Assembly (NCBI GenBank): GCA_964016885.1
Contig: OZ024764.1
Coordinates: 19,282,001 to 19,346,000, forward strand
Direction: 5' to 3'
DNA length: 64,000 bases
DNA from: Eledone cirrhosa
Taxonomy: Eukaryota
Shown piece by piece: positions 38,488-51,563 of the stretch. The position numbers and the translations under genes were made by a program. The notes below the pieces were generated by a model that ran no database searches, had not been told where the DNA came from, and saw nothing but the letters and a program-made list of their open reading frames with translations. Position 1 is the stretch's first letter; every line of letters begins with the position of its first letter.

Positions 38488-39684
38488 CTAAACTTCTGTA
38501 TGAATACGCACATGCTTGAAGTTACCTCTGAGAGAGAATGATTTACCACAGATGTCACAGTGATATGGCTTCTCTCCTGTATGAGTACGTTTGTGGGTAG
38601 CTAAGCTACTTCTGTTAGCGAATGATTTACCACAGATGTCACAATGATATGGCTTCTCCACTGTATGAATACAATTGTGAGTAGTTAAGGTACTACTGCG
38701 ACTGAATGATTTACCACAGATGTCACAATGATATGGCTTCTCCCCTGTATGAATACATTTGTGAGTAGTTAAGGTTCTACTGCGACTGAATGATTTACCA
38801 CAGATGTCACAGTGATATGTCTTCTCTCCTGTATGAATACGTTTGTGACTAGTTAGGCCACTACTCTGAGAGAAGGATTTATCACAGATGTCACAGTGGT
38901 ATGGCCTCTCTCCTGTATGAATACGTTTGTAAGTAGTTAAGGTATTTCTGAGACTGAATGATTTACCACAGATGTCACAGTGATGTGGCTTCTCTCCTGT
39001 ATGAATTTGCTTGTGAACTCTGATGCTACTACCGTAACTAAATGATTTACCACAGATATCACAGTGATATGGCTTCTCTCCTGTATGAATACGTTTGTGA
39101 GTAGTTAGGTTATTATTTTTAGAGAACGTTTTACCACAGATATCACAGTGATATGGTCTCTCTCCTGTATGAATACGTTTGTGAGTAGTTAGGTGATTAC
39201 TCTGAGAGAATGTTTTACCACAGATATCACAGTGATATGGTTTCTCTCCTGTATGAATATGTTTGTGAAGAGTTAAGCTAATACTGTGACTGAATGATTT
39301 GTTACAGATATCACACTTATAAGGCTCCTCTCCTGTATGAATACGTTTGTGAGTAGTTAGGTGATTACTCTGAGAGAATGAATTACCGCAGATGTCACAG
39401 TGATATGGCTTCTCTCCTGTATGAATACGTTGGTGTTTAGTTAAGCTATATCTGCAAGAGAATGATTTACTACAGATGTCACAGTGATGTGGCTTCTCTC
39501 CTGTATGAATATGTTTGTGAACTCTGACGCTACTACTGTGACTGAATGATTTGTTACAGATATCACACTTATAAGGCTTCTCTCCTGTATGAATACGTTT
39601 GTGACTAGTTAGGTGATTACTACAAGAGAATGATTTACCACAGATATCACAGTGGAATGGTGATTTTACTATATTTTTCGACAT
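38488..39684 (-). CDS. C2H2 zinc-finger protein, 398 aa, 14 fingers (one H->Y finger; 1-codon deletion in last finger) (gene 3)
   Basis: Same leader and HVRIHTEV C-terminus as gene 1, different recognition helices. Confidence 0.92.
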   Translation of the reverse strand: MSKNIVKSPFHCDICGKSFSCSNHLTSHKRIHTGEKPYKCDICNKSFSHSSSVRVHKHIHTGEKPHHCDICSKSFSCRYSLTKHQRIHTGEKPYHCDICGNSFSQSNHLTTHKRIHTGEEPYKCDICNKSFSHSISLTLHKHIHTGEKPYHCDICGKTFSQSNHLTTHKRIHTGERPYHCDICGKTFSKNNNLTTHKRIHTGEKPYHCDICGKSFSYGSSIRVHKQIHTGEKPHHCDICGKSFSLRNTLTTYKRIHTGERPYHCDICDKSFSQSSGLTSHKRIHTGEKTYHCDICGKSFSRSRTLTTHKCIHTGEKPYHCDICGKSFSRSSTLTTHNCIHTVEKPYHCDICGKSFANRSSLATHKRTHTGEKPYHCDICGKSFSLRGNFKHVRIHTEV

Positions 39685-40644
39685 AACTCCTACTAAAAGA
39701 TATCAATGACCTCAGTTTCTCACATAATTCACAGTTTTAATATTTTTCTCCTCTTAATATATGGATATTTTTCTTCTTTATGTTTATAATATTATTCCTA
39801 AAACATATTCCTCCAGATATATTTACATCAACTTGGTCTTTCTTTATATTTAAAGATGATACAAACTGTTTTGTAGATCTCTTCAAGTTTAATATACATA
39901 TAAAATCATCCTGTACATATTCCAGACAATGAAGAATCTAATTTTTCTGGTCTTCATTTGATTAGTTATTCCTGTAATAATGGAAATATTTCTACTCCTG
40001 TAGTTCCATCAACTATCATCTTTGTCAATATATGAAGATCTTACAAAATCATGTGAAAATTTCTTCAGCTTTATTTTGTATCTTCTACATATTCCAGACA
40101 GCAAAGAATAGAAGTGTTATTGAGTTTACAAGAAATATTTCACAGTATTTCTCCCCTAGATTTATATAAACAAGGTTGTATCTGTTCTGTATAACAGCTT
40201 CCTTTAATCTTTAAATAATAGTGTTGATGAAACAACTGATATAAAAGTGTTTTATCCTTTTCATACCAGTCTTTATATTTATCTAAAAACTTTCCATTGT
40301 AACTTCATGAAATTGTGCTAAGTTATGTTCCAAATAGCAGCTTAATACTGAGAAATTTAGTTATATTACTAAATCCCTTCAAAGTGTTGAGTGTTTTCAA
40401 AATTATTTGAAAATGATGGGTAGTGTCTTTCATTAGAAATGGTTAATATTGAGGATATGTCTGATGTAACGTGCTCTTTAATGCCAATGTCCTCTGGTAT
40501 TCTGAAATAATGAAAGAACATTATAAGATACTCAGAAACTTGTAATACATCAGTACAAATTTCATATAATATTTCTATATTGGTAAATCGACTGTAATAA
40601 ATACTAAGGCCTTCTTTGGTGAAGAATGTGCTGCCTAACATAGG

Positions 40645-41987
40645 TTAGTTATTAGTGGCAGTAGATTATACTGACTGATAAAAGTAGTTATTAGTGACAT
40701 TAGATTAAACTGACTGATAAAAGTAGTTATTAGTGGCAGTAGATTAAACTGACTGATAAAAGTAGTTATTAGTGACATTAGATTAAACTGACTGATAAAA
40801 GTAGTTATTAGTGATATTAGATTATACTGACAGATAAAAGTAGTTATTAGTGACATTAGATTATACTGACTGATAAAAGTAGTTAATAGTGACATTAGAT
40901 TATACTGACTGATAAAAGTAGTTAATAGTGACATTAGATTAAACTGACTGATAAAAGTAGTTATTAGTGACATTAGATTAAACTGACTGATAAAAGTAGT
41001 TATTAGTGACATTAGATTATACTGACTGATAAAAGTAGTTATTAGTGACTTTAGATTATACTGACTGATAAAAGTAGTTATTAGTGACATTAGATTATAC
41101 TGACTGATAAAAGTAGTTAATAGTGACATTAGATTATACTGACTGATAAAAGTAGTTAGTAGTGATATTAGATTAAACTGACTGATAAAAGTTATTAGTG
41201 GCATTAGATTATACTGACTGATAAAAGTAGTTATTAGTGACATTAGATTAAACTGACTGATAAAAGTAGTTAGTAGTGACATTAGATTAAACTGATTGAT
41301 AAAAGTAGTTATTAGTGACTTTAGATTATACTGACTGATAAAAGTAGTTATTAGTGGCAGTAGATTAAATTGACTGATAAAAGTAGTTATTAGTGACATT
41401 AGATTATACTGACTGATAAAAGTAGTTATTAGTGACATTAGATTATACTGACTGATAAAAGTAGTTAGTAGTGACATTAGATTAAACTGATTGATAAAAG
41501 TAGTTATTAGTGACTTTAGATTATACTGACTGATAAAAGTAGTTATTAGTGGCAGTAGATTAAATTGACTGATAAAAGTAGTTATTAGTGGCAGTAGATT
41601 AAACTGACTGATAAAAGTAGTTATTAGTGACATTAGATTATACTGACTGATAAAAGTAGTTAGTAGTGACATTAGATTATACTGACTGATAAAAGTAGTT
41701 ATTAGTGACATTAGATTATACTGACTGATAAAAGTTATTAGTGACATTAGATTAAACTGACTGATAAAAGTAGTTATTAGTGACATTAGATTATACTGAC
41801 TGATAAAAGTAGTTAATAGTGACATTAGATTAAACTGACTGATAAAAGTTATTAGTGGCATTAGATTATACTGACTGATAAAAGTAGTTATTAGTGACAT
41901 TAGATTAAACTGACTGATAAAAGTAGTTATTAGTGACTTTAGATTATACTGACTGATAAAAGTAGTTATTAGTGACATTAGATTAAC
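40645..41987. repeat. 39-bp minisatellite, ~34 units (about 5 units at 8962-9180 and 24001-24219)
   Basis: Unit TTATTAGTGACATTAGATTATACTGACTGATAAAAGTAG with occasional 36-bp variants. Confidence 0.95.
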
Positions 41988-43376
41988 CCTTTAGTATTCA
42001 CATTACTCTATATTTACTATTATATTTTCACAGTAAATGCTTTATCTCACATAATATCAAATCTATGAGATTTTCATGTTATTTATTTTGAGAACAATAC
42101 CTTAACATAAGTATAAGTGACCAGTTACGGCCAGTTGAACAGAAAGACATGAGACAATTCTGGCCAGATATGGCCAGTTTATATACTAAAGGGTTAAAGA
42201 AATTAGGTGTAGAAGAATGGCTTGTGAGAAGCTGTCAGTAAAGTGTGTCTAGTGAGGAATTGAAGGTACAGGTAGGAGTTCATCATGGTTTAGTTCTTAG
42301 CCCACTGTTGTTCATCATAGTTCTCCAAGCCATAACAGAGAGGTTTAAGACTGGCTGTCTATGGAAACTTCTCTATGTAGATGACCAACTATAGATATAG
42401 AATTTGAAATGGTAAGTTCTGAGAATATACTTAGCCAAAACTAAAGTGGTAATGGATAGGAGAGAAGACCTTCAGGAAAGTGGCCCTGCTCCATATGTAG
42501 AAAAGGAATAAGTAGAGATAACCACAATGACAGAGACCTAGTTATAATAGCAGGGGACTTCAATGGTCATGTTGGACAGCTCCAGGATGGATACACTGGG
42601 GTACATGGTGGTTATGGTTATGGCTCAAGAAACGATGAAGGAGTGAGGCTTCTTGTATTTTGTGATGCAAGTGAACTAACCATTTGCAACACTTCAAGAA
42701 ACCTACCAACCACCTAATAACCTACCAATCAGGTGAGCACATGAGACAGATTGACTTCTTGCTAGTTAGGCAGTAAGAGAGATAGATGGTGTCAAATACT
42801 AAGGCATACCCCAGGGAACAAAGTAGCAGGAAACGACTAGATTTGTAGATAAAGAAGTGGGAGACAGGATTATCGGAGTTTAGAAGAGCTACACACTTCT
42901 CCAGTTGGCTGGGAAATAATTATCTTTCCTTAATTTTATTGCTCGACCTCTTAGATGTTTGCAATCGACTTTTCTTCCTGAAAACGGAAACCCTAATCCT
43001 AATACTGGGAAATAAAACGTCTATTGCAAGTATCTAAGGGATCCAGAGAAAAAATACTGGAAAAGGAGTATAGCAAGAATTCTAAGAAAAATAATTATTC
43101 ATACCCAACGTGAGGTGTGAGTAGATCTGTGAAACTACATCTCTTTGTATACTTTCACCCTACTTTTTCTACAAATCTAGTCGTTTCCGTGAGGGTACCT
43201 GGTTATTTCAGCACCGTAGCCTCACCTTACTGAGGTGTCAGGTGATACCCGTGAGGGTACCTGGTTATTTCAGCACCTTAGCCTCACCATCACCCGTTGT
43301 AATGCTGCCAGTGTGTTGGCTTGCCTCAAAGTGTGTAGTTAACCCCTAGGGTGTGAGGTGTGGCCTATTATCACAC

Positions 43377-46300
43377 TATAAATTCAATTTATTCACGTTT
43401 ATAATAACATATATAATGACACAATGCTTAGAGGAAAGTCATAGAATCACTTATATCAACACAAGTGGATAAGTTCCTTCAGACTGAAAATATAAACAGA
43501 GCATATAAATAAATTTACAGTAGAATAACATAACAAATATGTTTTAAATATATAAATAACATTGCAAATGCCTCGGTAACACTATAAAGGATGATACAAT
43601 GAAAGATAAATTCCTTCAATGTTGCAATATTAAAGAAAATGTAAAGGAAGGGGTGGACAACGGAGCCAACACCAGAGCAAAAGACAGCAACGAGGGGTAC
43701 TGGGAAACCGCTCTAATGAGTTTTGAGGCAAGCCAGCACACTGGCAGTGTTACCTCGGGTGATGGCGAGGCTGAGGTGCTGAAACAGCCAAACGCCCTCG
43801 CGATTTCGCCAGTTACCTCTATAAGGCGAGCCGCCAGTGAGGAAAGGAACCTCGCAGTCAGTGACCCGACTCCCCCAAACGTCTCGAAAGCCACAGGCCA
43901 AAAAATGTAGCTGGTCGACAGATCAGAGTATTTGAGGGTCTTACTCCGCTCGGCTGCCGAAGCTGTGGCTCTCGTCCTTACCGCAGCATCAAGGATATGG
44001 GAAAGAGCAAAGGAGTCACTAACAGTGACGTCCCAGATTAAGCACCTGCCTCTCGACCAGGGGCACAGGGTAAGGCTGTCAGGTCTTTTGCCGTCACTTC
44101 TGGACAACCCAGATGGTTCCAAGACTGAGGGGATGTTTGCCCGGGCCAAAGCTCTCTTCAGAATAAAGTTTAGCTCCGTGTGACGGGTGAAGTGGTCGGC
44201 ATTCAGGCGGCAAGAAAGACCGTGGAGGCCTGTGGAGTGGAGGAGTTAGCCACATCTCAAACCCATGCAGACGTCAGCTCCCAGTCTGAGGGTGATGGAG
44301 ACACAAAGTTCATCCAGGCTGAGTAGGCCTCCAACGTTGGCCACGGGTAAGGCATCGACCCAGTCACCGGAGTATTTGGCGCTGGCAGATGGTAAGCGGC
44401 ACCTTGTAAACTGATCTGAGAGGACAAAGAGGGAGTCGAAGGTGGCATTCCAACGTATCCTGTCCCAAGTTCTCTGACTTCGACTGTCCTCCACCTTCTC
44501 AGGAAGAGACAAGCCCAACTCACTCCATTGCTGGAGAGCTTCACACAACTCCCTGTTGGAACTAGTCCATGTTGGAGAGGAGAGGATGCTGCAAGCTTGG
44601 GTGGAGGAAAGGAAGCAGGGGAGAGAGAGGGACGAACACTTACTAACATTGACCAGACACTCGAGTCTCTCGAAGATTAGGTCGTCGAAGCGTTGGAGGC
44701 AGGATGGAAATCTGTGAGAGGGGCTGACTCTGAGCAGATACAGAAGCTTAGGAATAGACAGGTAGTTCCTGAGTAAGAAGAAACCTTGATGGGGTTCGAT
44801 ATCTTCAATATTCCTCAGCAGCTGCTCAAGGCCAACCATCTTCGATTGGATGGTTGACTCGAAGGCCAGGTCTGTGATTGGGGCTCCTAAGGAGCACCAA
44901 GCCGACGGGGGAGGGACCGTGATGCAAGGGAAGGACTCTGCGAACAGGTCGATCAGCTGTTGGTGTTAAGAAGCCGGGTGGTTGAGGATCCAGAGCTCAC
45001 ATTTGGAGCTATTGATCTGGAGACCCCGGCGCCAAGCTCCTCCACCATCCTGTTGGCAGTGGCGAGAACCATATCCGGAGTTCCCCCCACCAGGCGTCGT
45101 CGAGCTACCAGACATTGAGGTCCAACTCAGCCCCCATCATGGTGACGTCATCAATGTCCAGTGCGGGGAGGGGGGGTGTCCCCGAGTGGGTCACCCTGTT
45201 GAACTCCTGAGGCAGAGGTGATGATCTGGTCACTGAAAGAGAGGTAGGAGGGCTCCCGATAAGCCTGCCAAGCAAAGTGGTAGAGTTGTGGGACCCTCTC
45301 TCTTACTGAGCCGAGGACGATGTTACGGCTGACGGAGTTGAAGGCATTCCTGAGGTCAAGTTTGAGGATGACCTTGGGGGATGAGGAGGGCAAGTTGGCA
45401 AATGCTCTGGCCGCGTGGACAGCAGCCACACATCCCAACCTGGTACCCACCCACAGCTGGATGGGGGAAAATTCCTCCGCCAGTGGGTTGGAGACCAACA
45501 GCAATCACGCCTTTGCAGTGAGGCGGCGAGGTGTGCAGCCAACCGCAATGCGGCGCAGGTCCCCGTTGGGCTTGGTGAGACCAAATAGCTTCGCACCGAA
45601 GAACAGTGGGCGGATGAACGGGAGAAGGTTCACCGATTCACAAACTGAGTCAGACTCTCCAAGAGCTCGAGTCCGGCATCACCGGCCGATAAGGAGATAC
45701 CATCCTTGAGATGTTGAGGATGAAGGACGTCAATTCCCGCGCCTGACCCAGCGGGGAAGGATGAAATCGCCTTTCTGATGATATTGGTGGTGTAAACCAG
45801 TCCCAAGTATTCTGGTGGTTCGGGCCAGTGTTGCTGATCATCTGGGGGTGCTTCTCTTTCAGACGCTCACGAGAGTCAGAGTTGCATGGAGCAAGGGAGG
45901 ACAGCCTCTTTAATGTCAAATTCGGTGAGTTTGGCATTGACGGCTCGCTTGAGGTCTACCGGTTGTCTGTTGGTGGACACCGAGCTCGGAGACGAACTGA
46001 GATGAGACGTGGTTGGGGTGGACTCAAACAGCTGGGACTGCCGCTTGAGAGAGGACTTGAGGGAACCCGAGTTCGCATTGTGCACGTGAAGAGAGATGAG
46101 GGGAAACAAAAACAATTTCTGCCAGACTATTGTTGGACGAGCAAACGTTTTTCAGTAAATTAGAGAGGGCACCTGCAAAGCTGTTCCGAGCTCCCTTAAG
46201 GGTCCGGTTAACGAGCTTTGATTTGGAGAAGCCCTGGGAGGGGCTGTGGCAAAGTCGTCGGTAGAGTGTTGGTCATCCCCACGGAATAGTCGGAGCTGAA

Positions 46301-46960
46301 GTGGCACCGATGACAGGTCCAGTGTTGAAGCCTTTCGGCTTGAGCTTTGGTGATGCTGACACAGCTTCTGTGGTAGCTTGCGTGGCATAGGTGACATTTA
46401 ATTGTCTTTAAGTACTGGTTAGTGCGGGCACAGAGGGCGCAATCAGGTGGCAGGCTGGCAACAGCCGGCAGTAGAGGGCCAGCGTTGGAATTCGGTGAAG
46501 GGAGTGAGTCAGTAAAGGAGACAGCAGTGGTTCTAGAGTGGACTAGGTTAAAGTGGTGACAACTTTAGCAATCGGCAATCGCCGGTGATAGTTCGGTCGA
46601 AACATCGGGCCACCGGCGGGTTGAACGAATACCTAGGTGGGCTGTGCGCGAGGAGGAAGTAAGGGTTGAGCAAGGGGAGGGATGGAAGGTGGAGAAGGAG
46701 TGAGAAGATGATGAGTGCGTAGAGAGGAGTGTGGTCATGTGAGAGGCAGATAAATACAGTGGGAGAGAAAGAGCACTGAACATGCAAAGAGAAGGAAAAT
46801 AAAAACGCTAGAAATACAAAATCTAAGGCTGTGAGTTTGTGTAATAGTTCGCATGGGTAAATCCGCAGTAAAAACCGAAATTGTGAGTTTGTGTAAAAAA
46901 GAAAAAAAAAAAAACATGGGCAAGACTTAAGTAAAATCAAAACCTGAATGATAGTGATAC
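43377..46960 (-). mobile_element. CRE-clade non-LTR retrotransposon (PHD finger + RT + restriction-like endonuclease), frameshifted; 5' end uncertain
   Basis: RT motifs LKLDLRNAFNSVSR and GVQQGDPLG; RLE motifs RHTELN..LEPSGLSRSDGKRPD..IWDVTV..PVAFETFG..LFQHLSLAITRGN; stop at 43713. Confidence 0.85.
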
Positions 46961-47868
46961 AAGATGTTTACAATTACGGAGTGATTACATTACTGGACCT
47001 GAATTCTATCAAGTGGTCAAAGCTTCTAATTCTGTGAAATAGAATGGAAGTATGGATTGACCTTTCAGTCACACCTGACTATAAATAGATTCAGGTTATT
47101 TCAAGAGGGAGATGGGATGGTTCCTCGCCATTTATAATTATTTATATTTTATATTTGGGGGGTTTGATTTTGAAAAATTGTAAGTGTATATTAAGGAGGA
47201 AAGTATAATTGTGTGATACAATTGCTCCAGGTTGGTTCCCTACGTTGTTGCCACAAACAATTCTTTTTTCCTCCGAACATCTGTTATTCCTCTCCGTAGA
47301 TTATAAATGGTAAAATCCGTTCGATCCAACCGAATGGAAAATCCAGTTCCTTGAAGAATATTTTGAGTTGTCTCGGACAAAGCAAAAAAAGGGGAAAGTT
47401 GAAAATCTTTACCTCGTTTCGTGGTGTATTGCCATCTCCCACTGTGTTTTTCTTTCCTTTATCATTATTGTTCAATAAATTATATTATTATACACAGTTT
47501 AGACAATATATTTGTAATGTCTTTCTCAAGGAATTGCCAGCAATTTATAATGTTATTTACACACGTTATTTATGTATATATTTAAAACATATTTACAACG
47601 TTATTCTACTGTAAATTTATATAATTGTAATAAAATATATTAATTATATCATCACATAATATAAAAACGACCTTTAGAATATTTAAATATTTAGTTTTGT
47701 TAATTTATTTTTCAGCAACAACAAAAGTTTTCACTTTAATTAATTAGAGGTAGGTAAAATATAGATAATTACGATAACATTTTATATTTCCAGTAATGAA
47801 ACAAACAAGAAAATATATATTTGTGATGTGAAAAGTGAGCTTAAATCTACAATATTAATAGACATAAT

Positions 47869-48000
47869 ACTTACATTATAGTCTCAGGTGTTTAGTATTT
47901 ACAGAGATGTTGTCTAAATGATGTTGGAGGAAGACTAACACGTGGACAGGAAGTCGACAACTGCACCACTGCGCATGCTTCAATGTTTTTTTTGTGACGT
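47869..48000 (-). promoter_or_regulatory. Putative promoter/exon 1 of ZNF gene 3
   Basis: All four motifs and the GTAAGT donor are retained. Confidence 0.58.
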
Positions 48001-49565
48001 AAATATTTTTACCGAATTAAATTATGTCAAGTTTGTAATAAAAAAATGAAGTTGAAAACAGTAAATGTAATTAAAATAGAACAGCTAAGTACTCTTACAG
48101 AGATCAGAAAGAAAGGTGTTGGTGGTGAAGAATGGACGGTAGACGTTTCACCTCAGTCTAGGTAGTGTATTTTACCTGTGTCACTCGGACAATAGCCAGC
48201 GATGACCACTACACCAACCACTCTCTCCTTCAGGTGGTGTCCACTTTCGTGAGTCTGTAGAATAACAGGGCAGAGGACAGCAGAGGAGGTCTTGACTTGA
48301 AAAGAGTATCACTTGATACCTCGATATAACCTGTTGGTAGAAATAGTAGGGTGCTGGATCAATCGAGTACCCTGACATAGATCCCCGGGTATCTCGGTAA
48401 GATCGAGTCATATGGAGGCTAAGTTGCCAGAACAGCTAAGTACCCTGACAGAGATCACCGGGTATCTCGGGTCATATGGGGGCTAAGTTGCCAGAACAGC
48501 TAAGTACCCTCACAAGAGTCATCGGGTACTTCGGTAAAGCCAGCCGCCAACAGTGACAACTTCGTTGTCAGCAGCCCAGCTTCTCAAACATCACAGACTG
48601 GAATAAATACTTTGCTGATAATTACTGGTAGTTTAGCTTTTATTTCGTTCGTCTACGGAAGCAGTGACCCTCACTTTTACTACAGCATGTAGGATGTGAG
48701 AGGGAGACAAAAACATCACTAACTGGGGTCTCACAAATGTGACAGTTAGTTTTGAAAATACATATACAAGATACAAGATAAATGACTAGACTGAAATATA
48801 TTTGATAGGGAATAAAGAGTAGAATATTCTAGTCTGTGGTGTTGGAGAAGTTTGGAGGAGATAGGTCCCTGACAACGAGGTTCTTGTTATCGTTGGCAGC
48901 TCTCCTTACCGAGGTGTCAGGTGATACATATGAGGGTGTTTGGTAGTTCCAACATCTTAGCCTTGCTATCACTCGAGGTAAGACTGTCTCAGAAAGTATT
49001 AGAGGGAGACTCCAGCACCCCATGTGATGTGAGACTGATTGACAGAGTGTTGACTTAATATTTTCATTTGTTGTGATTATATGTGAAATATATCTCTATG
49101 TAAGTAACTTGGTTACGTGAATCATTGTGAATCTCGTAAATACTTAAACAGAAATCTACTTAGGACACAAAATAAAGTAGATTCCATTGTACAATGTATA
49201 TCACAAAGAAGAGGGGATGTAACGAGAGTTGTCTCCCCTTACATATGTTTTCTGTTTTACAGTAGTAGAGGTTTATATGTGTTTGACTGTCTCTCTCTCG
49301 GTATAAACTACCATTTGCACTGCCTCTGTTTTTTGTTCCTGTCTAATATTTAACTATATATATCTTGAGGTTGTGAGTTCGCTTCCTGGACCAGGCGATG
49401 CGTTATGTCCTTGAGCAAGACACTTTATTTCACGTTGTTCCTTCTACCTAGAGTTGCGACCGTTAGTACTAGCAATTGGAAAGACCAATGGAAACATTGC
49501 TTCCTCGGTCCGATTTGACGAAAGTCGATCGTTCCTTCATATATATATATATATATACACACACA

Positions 49566-51563
49566 CTGTTGTACCTTGACTTAAGAGTTTAATTTGTTCC
49601 GTGGAGGACCTCGTAACTTAAATTACTCGTATGTCAAATCAATTTCCCCACTGAAATAAATTAAAATGCCGTTAATCCGTTCCAGACCCCCCAAAAACCA
49701 CAGTTTGTTTTGTTACGTGTTTTTAAATAAGAAAAATGTACTTATAAATAACAAATATTGTATATAAAAAAAAACCATACAATAGAATGTACTGCAACAA
49801 ACTAGTTTTATTAAGTATAATGTACAGCATCTATCTTGGAGATCAGACGACTTGAGGATGTTGACGAAGGAGAAAGGATGAACTGAATAACTGAATCTTA
49901 TTCGCTGATTTTTGCCACACTTTCCTCACTTTTATCTGCAGGGATTTTCAATAAAAACCTGTCTAATGAGGTTTGTTTCATCTCACTTGTTGAGATAACC
50001 TGCTCTGTGTCACCTATTTCCTGCAAAACCTCCGTGTGTTGCTGTGTTTGTAGCTCCTTTAATTCCCCCGTTGTCAGTTCCTCGGAGTGCTCCTCGATGA
50101 GCTCGTTGATGTCACCTTCATCCATGTCCAGGCCCATGGACTTACCGAGGGGTAAAATCTCCTCCACCACTGCCGCTTCGGGTTCCAGTCTTTCAAAGTC
50201 TGTTTTAGACACAACCTCAGGCCACAGCTTCTTCCATGTAGAGGTCAAGGTCCTCTTTGTAAGACCCTGCCAGGTCATATCGATAATTCTGAGGCATATC
50301 ACGATGTTATAATGGTCCTTCCAGACCTCTCAAGGGTGAAGTTTGTGCTCTCCGTCACTTCAAAGCAGCGACTGAACAGGTGCTTGGTGAAGAGCTTCTT
50401 GAAATTAGAAAGTACCTGCTGGTCCTTGGTCTGTAGGTTAGGGGTGGTGTTTGGTGAAAGGTAGAGGACCTTTATAAACTTGAACTCTTCGAGGGTGGGT
50501 TGGTGAGCAGGTGCATTGTGTAGGACAAGGGTTTACAGGGGTAGGTTATTTTCCTGGAGATATTTTTTAACGTCAGGACCAAAGACCAAATTCACCCACT
50601 CCACAAAGAACTACCTGATGACCCATGACCTCCACAAAACCTGCAGTTTTTCTTTCAGAATCTTATGTGACTTAAAGGTTCTAGAGTTTTCTGAATGATA
50701 AACGAGCAGCGGCTTAATCTTACACTCACCGCTCAGTGCGAGGGTTAGCCTATCCGTCATGGGTTTGTGGCCAGGCATCCTCTTCTCCTCTGCATCTTCT
50801 TCCAAAAAAGTCCTGTTTCATCACAGTTAAAGACTTGCTGAGGGGTGTATCCTTTGGCTGCTATAATTCCGGCAAAGGTTTTGAGGTAATCCTCAGCTGC
50901 CTTCATATCCGTGCTCGCTGCCTCACCATGCCTGACAACGGAATGAATGCCGGTCCTCTTTTTAAAATTCTCAAACCAACCCCGACTGGTATTAAAGGGC
51001 TTGCCGATGGCTCGTCCGTAAAGTACCTGGGGTCTGCTGCAGCAAATCAGCGTAAATAGCTCGTGCCTGCTCACATATTATAATCTTCATCACAGTATCT
51101 CTTGCGAGCTGCTTCTCTGTCAACCACACCATCAGCAGCTTTTCCATAATTTCATGGATAGATGTCCGCTGTTTAGAAATTATTTTACCACCCTTAGCTG
51201 GGGTTATAGCCTTTATCAACTCCTTCTACTTCAGTATGGTACATATCGTAGAAGTCCTACGCTCGTACTGCTTCACCAAGTCCACTACACACACCTTGGT
51301 CATGTTTTTCTATAATTTCTTTCTTTAATTCAATACACATCATCTGCTTCTTCTTCTCAGGACTGTCCTTCGAAGCCATGGGATGCTGGGCGGGTGTTAT
51401 GGTATTCCCTGTGGCGGTCACTATGCCAACTAGTGGCGGGGCATCTGAAGCTGACTCGTAACCCGAATTTTACTCTGGAACTCAACGCAAAAAATCAGCC
51501 GAGAGAGGGCTCGTATCTCGAAAAACTTATTAGTTGGGACACTCGTAAGTCAAGGTACCACTG
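49566..51563 (-). mobile_element. Tigger/pogo (Tc1-mariner) DNA transposon, decayed transposase
   Basis: 22-bp imperfect TIRs CTGTTGTACCTTGACTTAAGAG / CTCGTAAGTCAAGGTACCACTG in TA-repeat context; CENP-B-type HTH (SRGWFENFKKR) and DDE motif VFNCDETGLFWKKM. Confidence 0.9.

Noticed and set aside
40635-41978. 447-aa ORF (and 164/73/60-aa relatives) as a protein-coding gene
   Set aside because: Pure translation of a 39-bp minisatellite; length varies several-fold and is broken by stops in unit 4
43377-46960. Two independent or active CRE insertions
   Set aside because: Both copies share flanks and apparently the same frameshifts, so they were copied passively with the unit
47210-47445. Protein-like + strand stretch (CDTIAPGWFP..EWKIQFLEEYFELSR)
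   Set aside because: Contains an internal stop and no family I can recognise; would need tBLASTn to assess
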